From the IMG/VR virus record IMGVR_UViG_3300020172_004120, positions 1 through 34,103 of that record: a stretch of DNA of 34,103 nt; one strand, 5' to 3'. The notes below the pieces were generated by a model. It was not told the DNA's origin and did no database searches. It saw only the letters and a program-made list of their open reading frames with translations. Of this stretch, positions 5,521 to 14,500 are shown one piece after another. The translations under genes were made by a program, and so were the position numbers. Positions within the stretch are counted from its first letter, which is position 1. Each line of letters begins with the position of its first letter. This DNA comes from a virus. Its lineage: Duplodnaviria > Caudoviricetes.

Positions 5521-8500
5521 ATGGCAGATACTAGAATCAAAATCAACTCTATTGTTGAAAATCAACTTCCATTATTTGTGCGCGAAGAGTATCCTCTCGT
5601 CGCAGAATTCCTATCACAGTATTATAAGGCACTTGAATATAAGGGTGGAGTGTCCGATATACTTCAAAATGTAGATCAATATGTGAAATTGGAACATTTA
5701 ACCAATCTTACAGACTCTACAATTTTGAGTAATAATATTGATTCTATAAAAGATATTATTGAAGTAGAATCTACTTATGGATTTCCTGATAGCTATGGAT
5801 TGATTCAGATTGATTCTGAGATCATTACTTATACTGGAATAACAACAAATCAATTTGTTGGTTGTGCTAGAGGATTTAGTGGTATTACAACATATCAAGG
5901 AAATACTAATTTAGATCAACTTGTATTTTCCCAATCGGGCATAGCAACACATGCTAGCGGATCTATTGTAAGCAATTTAAGTATTAGATTTCTTAAGGAT
6001 TTCTTTAAGAAAATAAAAAAACAAATTGTTCCTGGATTTGAAGGCAGAGAATTTTATGAGAATGTAAACGAAAAACTTTTCATTACCAATTCAAAAGATT
6101 TTTACACATCAAAGGGAACCGACCAATCATATAAAATTTTATTTAAAGCTTTATATGGAGTAGAAGTTGAAGTAATAAAGCCAAAAGATTACTTGATAGA
6201 GCCTTCAAATGCCCAATATAGGATAGTTAAAAATTTAGTTGTAGAGCCAATAGACGGTGACATTAATGATCTATTAAACAAAACGATATATCAGGATCAA
6301 GGAGATCTTTATAATGGAGCAAATGGTGTAGTTAATACTGTAGAAAAAATTGTAAGAAATGGTAATGAATACTATGTGTTAAGTTTAGATTTTGATTATC
6401 AAAAAGATATAGGTCTGACTGGATCTATTTTTGGTGAATTCGTAATACATCCAAAAACAAAAATACTCAACAATGTTGCAATAGGTGCAACATTTATTGA
6501 CGTAGAATCAACAGTATCATTTCCAAATGATACTCTGTTATATACAAAACTAAGCAATGGCACGACAGTTTCTATTGGATATTCTGGAAAAAGTTTAACC
6601 CAGTTGTATAACTGCTATGGAATAGATCAAGAAATTCCATCAGGATCTGATTTAAATGTTGATGCATATGCTTATGGTTATAATAAAAATAATGAATTAG
6701 TCAAGTTTAGAGTTACTGGAGTCCTTTCTGACTTGGATATTATTGACAATACTTATTATTTTTCAAATAACGATACTGTAAGAATCAAAACTCTAGGTTA
6801 TGATTCTAAGAAATTTAGAGATAATAACTGGTTATTTAATATATGCCCAAGTTATACTATAAAATCATTAAATCTCATAGATTCTACAGATTATACCTAT
6901 AGATTGATAACAGTAGATCAAAATATTTTTAATATTGGCGATACATTAGAACTATTAATAACAGATGGTTCGAAAATAAAAACTACAATTTATTCTATAG
7001 AAAATAGAAATAGTTGTATTATTAGGGGACAAGGATTGATTCCCCCAATTAACTCAATTGTTGATGTAAAAAAATCTCTTTCAAGAGTAAATTCATCAAA
7101 TCAACCAGAACTAAATCTTTACACAACAAATGTACAAAATGTATATACAGATTTAGATTCTACATTTGTAACTGCACCGTCAATACCCACTTATCATGAA
7201 GAACCTTTAAATATAAATGATTTGTCCGTTACATTTTCTGGTTCTTTCTCTGGAGAAGAGATGGGGATCATTCGTCATGGATTTTATACGGGAGATGCAA
7301 TATGGTATAATGAAGTAGATGAAAATAATAGACTGGATATTCTTAATGGAATATATTATGTAAAAAAAATTGATGAAGATACTATAAAATTATCTAAAAG
7401 TAGATCCAATATAGACAATGATAAGTTTATCAATGTCAATGGAAACGTAACAAATAATAAATTTGAGTATTATAAATTTCATTCACAAAAGATCGAGCCT
7501 CAAAAAATTATAAGAAAAATATCAGAACCTGAAGATGATGGAAATATTCACGAAACTTCTCCGGGAGCTATTGGAATTTTAGTTAACGGCGTAGAAATAT
7601 TAAACTATAAGTCTGCGGATAGTGTTTTTTATGGAGAACTTGAAGAAATTATAGTTTCTGGTGGAGGTTATGATTATGACGTTGTAAACCCACCTATTTT
7701 GCAGATAACTGATAGTGCTGGTATTGGTGCAACTGGATTTTGTTCAGTTGTAGGAACTTTACAAAGAATTGATATTATAGATCCTGGGTTTGATTATGTT
7801 TCTACTCCGATAATAACAATCACTGGATTGAATGGACAAGAAGCAACAGCAAAGGCAACATTAACCTCATTTGAGCACTATGTTGATTTTAATTCAATAT
7901 CCAGTGCAAACATGGTTGATTTGACAAATAATACTATAGCATTCTCAACATATCACAAATTCAGAGATGCTGAAAGAGTTATCTACAGAACTGATAAGCA
8001 ACAATCTGTAAGTGGGTTGACAACAGATGCACAATATTATGTTTATGTTGAAGATGCATATACAATTAAACTTCACAATACCCAAAACGATGCTGTTATT
8101 GGAATTAACACGGTCAATTTAACATCTTATGGTGTTGGAAATCATAGGTTTAGATCATATTCTCCAAAGAATAAAATTGGATTCGTTAATATAATAAACA
8201 ATGGATATAACTTTGTAAATAGAAAAATCTCCGTTAGTAGATCTGGTATTAATACATACTCAAATACTATCACTGCAAAAAATCATGGATATAACGAGGG
8301 AGACGTAATATGCTATAACTCAACATCTCCTATCGATGGATTATCAACTTCTAAGAATTATTTTGTCTCTAAAATTAATAATGACAACTTTAAATTATCT
8401 GAAGTTGGTATTGGAAGTACTTTATCTGGATATTTTTATAATACAAATCAATTTGTCAGTTTAACTTCAACAAATGACGATAAACATTATTTCAATTACC

Positions 8501-11500
8501 CACCTATTGAAATTTCAATAAATGGCGTCATAGGAGTTTCTACAAAATCTGGACAAGATTTTAATGCCAAAGTTAGACCGATTATTTTGGGAGAAATACA
8601 ATCGGTTTTCTTAGAGTCTGGTGGAGTTGGATATGGTTGTTCGGATATTATAGGATATAATAGACAACCTCAGATTGCACTCATTAATGGAGATGGTGCA
8701 GAAATAACTCCAATTGTTTCCAATGGAAAAATTGTTGATGTTTTAGTTAATAATTCAGGAGCAAATTATAATTCAACACCGGAAGTAATTTATTATGGAG
8801 AAGGATATTCTTCACTATTAACTCCAGTAATTGCGGATGGAAAATTAACTGAAGTAAAAGTAATTAATGGTGGTGTAGGATTTAACACTTCAAGTACAAC
8901 GGCAATTATACTTCCTGCAGGTCAAGAGGCAAAATTCGAGGCGAAGATCAAAGAATGGACAATAAATCTATTTGAAAAATTATATCAAAATAATAAAATC
9001 TCAAACGATGATGGCATAGTTGATTCTGGTATTAACAGTGATTATGGACTTCAATATACTCACATATATGCACCTAGAAGTTTAAGGAAAACTTTACTAT
9101 CAGCAAGATTTGTAGACGGTAATTTAAATTACACTTCCGATTTGGTTTTAATAAACGACAAAGAAGTTAAATCTTCGTCACATTCGCCAATAATTGGGTG
9201 GGCTTATGATGGAAATCCAATTTATGGTCCATATGGATTCACTAAGGTTGGTTCTAGATCCGGCACAGTGAAAGAAATGATAACTGGATATGAAATAATA
9301 CAAAATCTACCAATTACAAGACCAAGTTTGGATTTATATCCAAAAGGATTTTTTGTTCAAGATTATGAATTTAAAGCAAAAGGTGATTTGGATGAATATA
9401 ATGGAAGATGGTGTATAACCCCAGAATATCCAAATGGAGTTTATGCATATTTTTCTACCATTAATTCTGATACCGTAGAATCATCTGGAGTATTTAAAAA
9501 TTATAAAAAACCCGAATTTCCATATTTGATAGGAAATAGATTTAAATCAAAACCTATAGAGTATAATTTTACAAGATATGCCAATCAGGATAGTATAGAT
9601 CTAAGTGGAACTTACTGGCTTAGAAATACAACGCCATATGGTCTTACAAATGAAAATACTAATTATGATTACTTAATAAAACCTTCGAATATTCAGAATC
9701 AAACTTCAAAAATTAAATTTACAACTAAAGGATCAATTAATTCTATAGGAATTGTTAGTGGTGGAATAAATTATAATATTGGAGATTTGGTAGTATTTGA
9801 TAACACAGAAAGTGGCGGAAGAGGTGCTTCTGCAAAAGTATCACTAGTCAAAGGAAGTGAGGTTGAGGAAATATCATGCTTGACAAGTAAAATTCAAAAT
9901 ATAGAATTTTCGCCATATTCAACTTTAGGAAATTTTATAGGATTTTCTTCGTTACCTCATGGACTTAAAAATTCTGATTATGTTTATATAACAGGTATTA
10001 ACACAACTACTACAAATTTAAATAATTTATATGAAGTTGGGGTCAGGCCTGAAACCTTTAAATTGATTAGTGGAATAGGCAGTGCTGCATCTACTGGTAT
10101 TGTTACATATTTCAACATTTCCGGATCTATAGTATATCCAAATATTAGAGAAAATGATATATTGGGAATAGGTACCGAAAAAATAAAGGTTTTATCGGTA
10201 GATCTAAAATCCTCTAGAATTAAAGTACAAAGACAATATAATAATACTATAGGATCTGCTCACACATCTTTAACTCCTCTTTACGAAGATCCTAGAAAAT
10301 TTACAATTAGAGTTGGTTATAATACAACTAATCAATATAGACTGAACAGAGAAATTTATTTCAGTCCTCCAGAATCTCTTGGAATTGGTACGGTTTTGGC
10401 AGGATCTTCGTACACTGCTTACATATCAAATCCGGGAAGTGGTAGTTCTATTATAAACATTCCGGTAAGATCAATTTATCTCGAAAATCATGGATTAGAG
10501 ACTGGAGATAGTTTGATTTATTCTTCCAATGGAGGAACCGTAATATCTGTTTCTACAAATGGGTCTTCTAGTTTTCAACTATTAAATAACCAGATAATTT
10601 ATTCAGTAAAAATTGATAATAATTTGATAGGAATATCAACATTAAGAGTTGGCGTTGGATCGACAGGAACTTATGTTGGTATCGATAGTAGTAAACCCAC
10701 CAGTATTTTATATTTTACTGGAATAGGGACCGGAACAATACATAGTTTTAAAACAAATTATGATAATGTCGTAACAGGTTCTGGAATTAAAAATATTGTT
10801 ACAGTTTCTACAGCATCTACTCATGGACTCAATACAAAAGACTCAATTTATGTTAATTCCTCTCCCGGAATATCAACGACTATATCAATAAAGTATAATG
10901 ATTATAATAGGAGGTTGATAGTAAATCCAAGATCTTTTGTATCATCAGATATTAACATTTCAGATGATATCATTACAATCAATAATCATGGATATGAAAA
11001 CGGACAAAAAATAATTCACACCTCAACTTCTCCATGTGCAGGACTATCTAATGAAAAAATTTACTATGCAGTAGTGTTAGATGAAAATAAAATTAAACTA
11101 TCTGAAAATTATTATGAATCAATATCGTCTAAACCCTCAACAGTGAGTATTGGCAGTTCTTCTTTTGGAACAGTATCTCCAATAAATCCACAATTATCAG
11201 TTTTAGAGGGATCATCAGTAACTTTTGATTTGTCAGATCCTTCCTTATCATATAGCAAAAATTCTACTTTATATTCTGCATTTGAACTCAATTTTTACTT
11301 AGATAAAAATTTCAAAAATAAATTTGAAACTTCACAATTATCAAATGAATTTGAAATCTATAGAGAAGGAACTGTAGGCATAGATCCAACAGCCAAGGTA
11401 AAACTAAATGTAACAAATAATTTCCCACAAACTATCTACTATAAACTAGATATTGTCAATATTGATAATATTCCATTAGAGAAGTCGCAATTAATAATTG

Positions 11501-14500
11501 ATAACGAATATATCAGCGAAGGTAATACAATATACAGATATGAAAGCGAATATACTGGAACATATAAAATATCGGGTATTGGATCTACAACATTTAGTTT
11601 TAGTATACCAAATGTTCCGGAAAAAAATATCTACAGAAAAAATGAAGGATTATTTGAATATTATACAGATTCTAAAACTGCATATGGAGAAATTTACAAA
11701 TTAGATATTGACACAACAGGATCTCAATACGAAAAACTTCCTGGAATTTCTACAGTCATAACAAAAAGAGGTACGGGAGCTGTTCTTTTACCATATAGTT
11801 CAAATATTGGACAAATTAAATCATTGACAATAAATGATATTGGTTATGATTATTATGCAGATACAACAATTAGACCATTAGCAAAACTTCCAGAAATATT
11901 AAAAATTTCAACACTAACTTCATTTGAAAAAATTGGTATAACTTCTGCAGGAATAAATTATGCGGTTGCTCCAGATCTTTTAGTAATAGATGGTCTAACC
12001 AGGAATATCGTTGACGATGTTGATTTATCATATAAAGTTGGAGATACTGAAGTCACTATTTTGAAAAATACTACAGGAATTAGTAATGTTTCTCCAATTA
12101 TTATTCCAATTAATAATTCTAATGGGGTTGGTATATCAACAATTGGTTATGATTCTTTGACAAATTACGTTACTGTTGGACTTGCAGTTAGTTATAGTAA
12201 TGCTTCAGATTTTCCATTTTCTATCGGGGATAAAGTATTAGTAGAAAATATTAGTGTTGGAATAGGATCTACAGGAAAAGGTTATAATTCTTCCCAATAT
12301 TCGTATAATTTATTCCCAGTTGTATCTGTTACACCAAATATAGGTGGTATTAATGCAAATATAACATATGATCTTAAAGAATATATTTCTTCAGGAGAAG
12401 TTCCTGGTAGATATGATCCTATTAATTCTAAAGGTAGAATAATCCCAGAAAAGCATTTTCCAAAATTTGATGCAATTTTGACGAAAAATAATTTTATCAA
12501 AGGAGAAACTATAGTATCAGACGATTCAATTGGTATTGTTGAAAATTGGGATCCAAAAAATGAAATCCTAAAAGTTTCTACAACCAAAGAATTTTATATC
12601 AATACTGTATTGAGAGGTTTATCTTCAAAATCTCAAGGATTAATTTCTGATAAAGAATTTTTTGAAGCAGCCTATGAAATTGATTCTTCGTCAATTGTAA
12701 CTAAAGGATGGGAAAAGCAAACTGGATTCTTGAACAATAATCAACAAAGAATTCATGATAATGATTACTACCAATATTTCTCATATTCATTAAAATCCGA
12801 AATACCATATGAAACCTGGAATACTCCGGTAAGCAATTTAAATCATGTTGTTGGTTATAAAAAGTTTAGTGATCTTGTAATAGAAACAAGAGATTTGCAA
12901 TATGTTGGGATCGAAACATCGCAGGACAATGGCGATTTCTATGGAATTTGTGATTTTTCCTCTACATTAAACTTAAATCATGTCTATGATTATGATCTTG
13001 TTTTTGAAGAGTCTATTAATGTTGATAATAATATTATATCAACGGATATTGTGTTTACTTCAAAAGAAATACAAGATTATCTACAATCAACAGGAAATAG
13101 AGTATTAAATATAGACGATTTTAGTGATTTATTTAAGAGTGTTCCTAGATCAACTCCATTTTCCATTGTTGACACATTTAGATTGTCAGATTCGAGATCT
13201 AGAAAATATATCACATATGTAAGAGATAAACGATTTACATCAGATAGACAAATTCTTTTAGTATCATTGTTATATGACAATGATTTTGGATATTTAAATC
13301 AATATGGTAGAGTTGAGAGTTATCTTGAAGATTTGGGATCATTTGATTTTAATGTAACTGGAGATGAAGGTAATTTGCTATTTTATCCTTCAAAGTACAC
13401 TATTAATGATTATAATATAAGTTCACTATCATTTAACTTGAAGGACGATCTATCAGCAACAGCAACGTCTTATTTTGGTGACATTGTTAGGTTATCAACT
13501 AACAATGTTAATGCAAGTCCTTCCACACCTTCAGCTATAGTATCGATAGCATCTACATATCGATCAACAAAAATTTTAGTTCAGATTGAAGGAAATAATG
13601 ATTCATATGAATATGAAGAATTGACAGCAATTCACGATGGATCTAATGTAGAACTTTTGGAATATGGACAAATTTCAAACCATTCAAGAAATGCATATTC
13701 AAGCAGTGGTTTGGGTACATATAATGCATACTTGTCCGGTCCAGGATTAATAGTCGAATTCACACCAAATCCGGGAATTGCTGCGACTATAAACACGATG
13801 GCAATATCATTTGCAGCAAATACAAGCGGATCCGTTGGTACAGGAACTGCTATTCTTAATACATCATCACTGAAATCAAGTTATGTTTCTATAGCTTCTT
13901 CACCTTCACCGACTCAGAATTTAGTTTCTAGTTATTCTAGCGATTATTCTGGAGCATATTATATTGCTTCAGTTGAAGATACAACTAACAATAGGTATCA
14001 GATATCCGAATTAGTTGTTGTGGATGAAGTAGTTTTTAATACAACTTCAATTACAGAATTTGGAATTGTAGAAACTCATAGTGGAATTGGAACTTTTGGG
14101 GCAGAAATTTCAGGAAATCAAACTAACTTATATTTTACCCCAAATCCAAGTATTAATGCTCAAGTTAGAATATTCCAAGTTGCAATGAAACCTTTAGATG
14201 AAGGAATATTAACAAATAATATTGACCTTAATAATGGATTTATAAAGAGTAGTTTTGGTTCGTATGAAGGAACTGAAAGAGACGTTAGAAGATCTTTTGA
14301 ATTAACCAGCGATGGAAGGGAAATTTTTAAAAGATATTTTAATGGAAGCAGTTCAACTATCGTAAATACTTCCAATAATACAATAAGAATACCCGAACAC
14401 TTTTTTGTGACTGGCGAAGAACTCCAATATTCGTCTACTGGAGTTGGTAATACTAATTCGATTGGCATTACAACTGCAATATCGATCCCCGGTATAGGAG

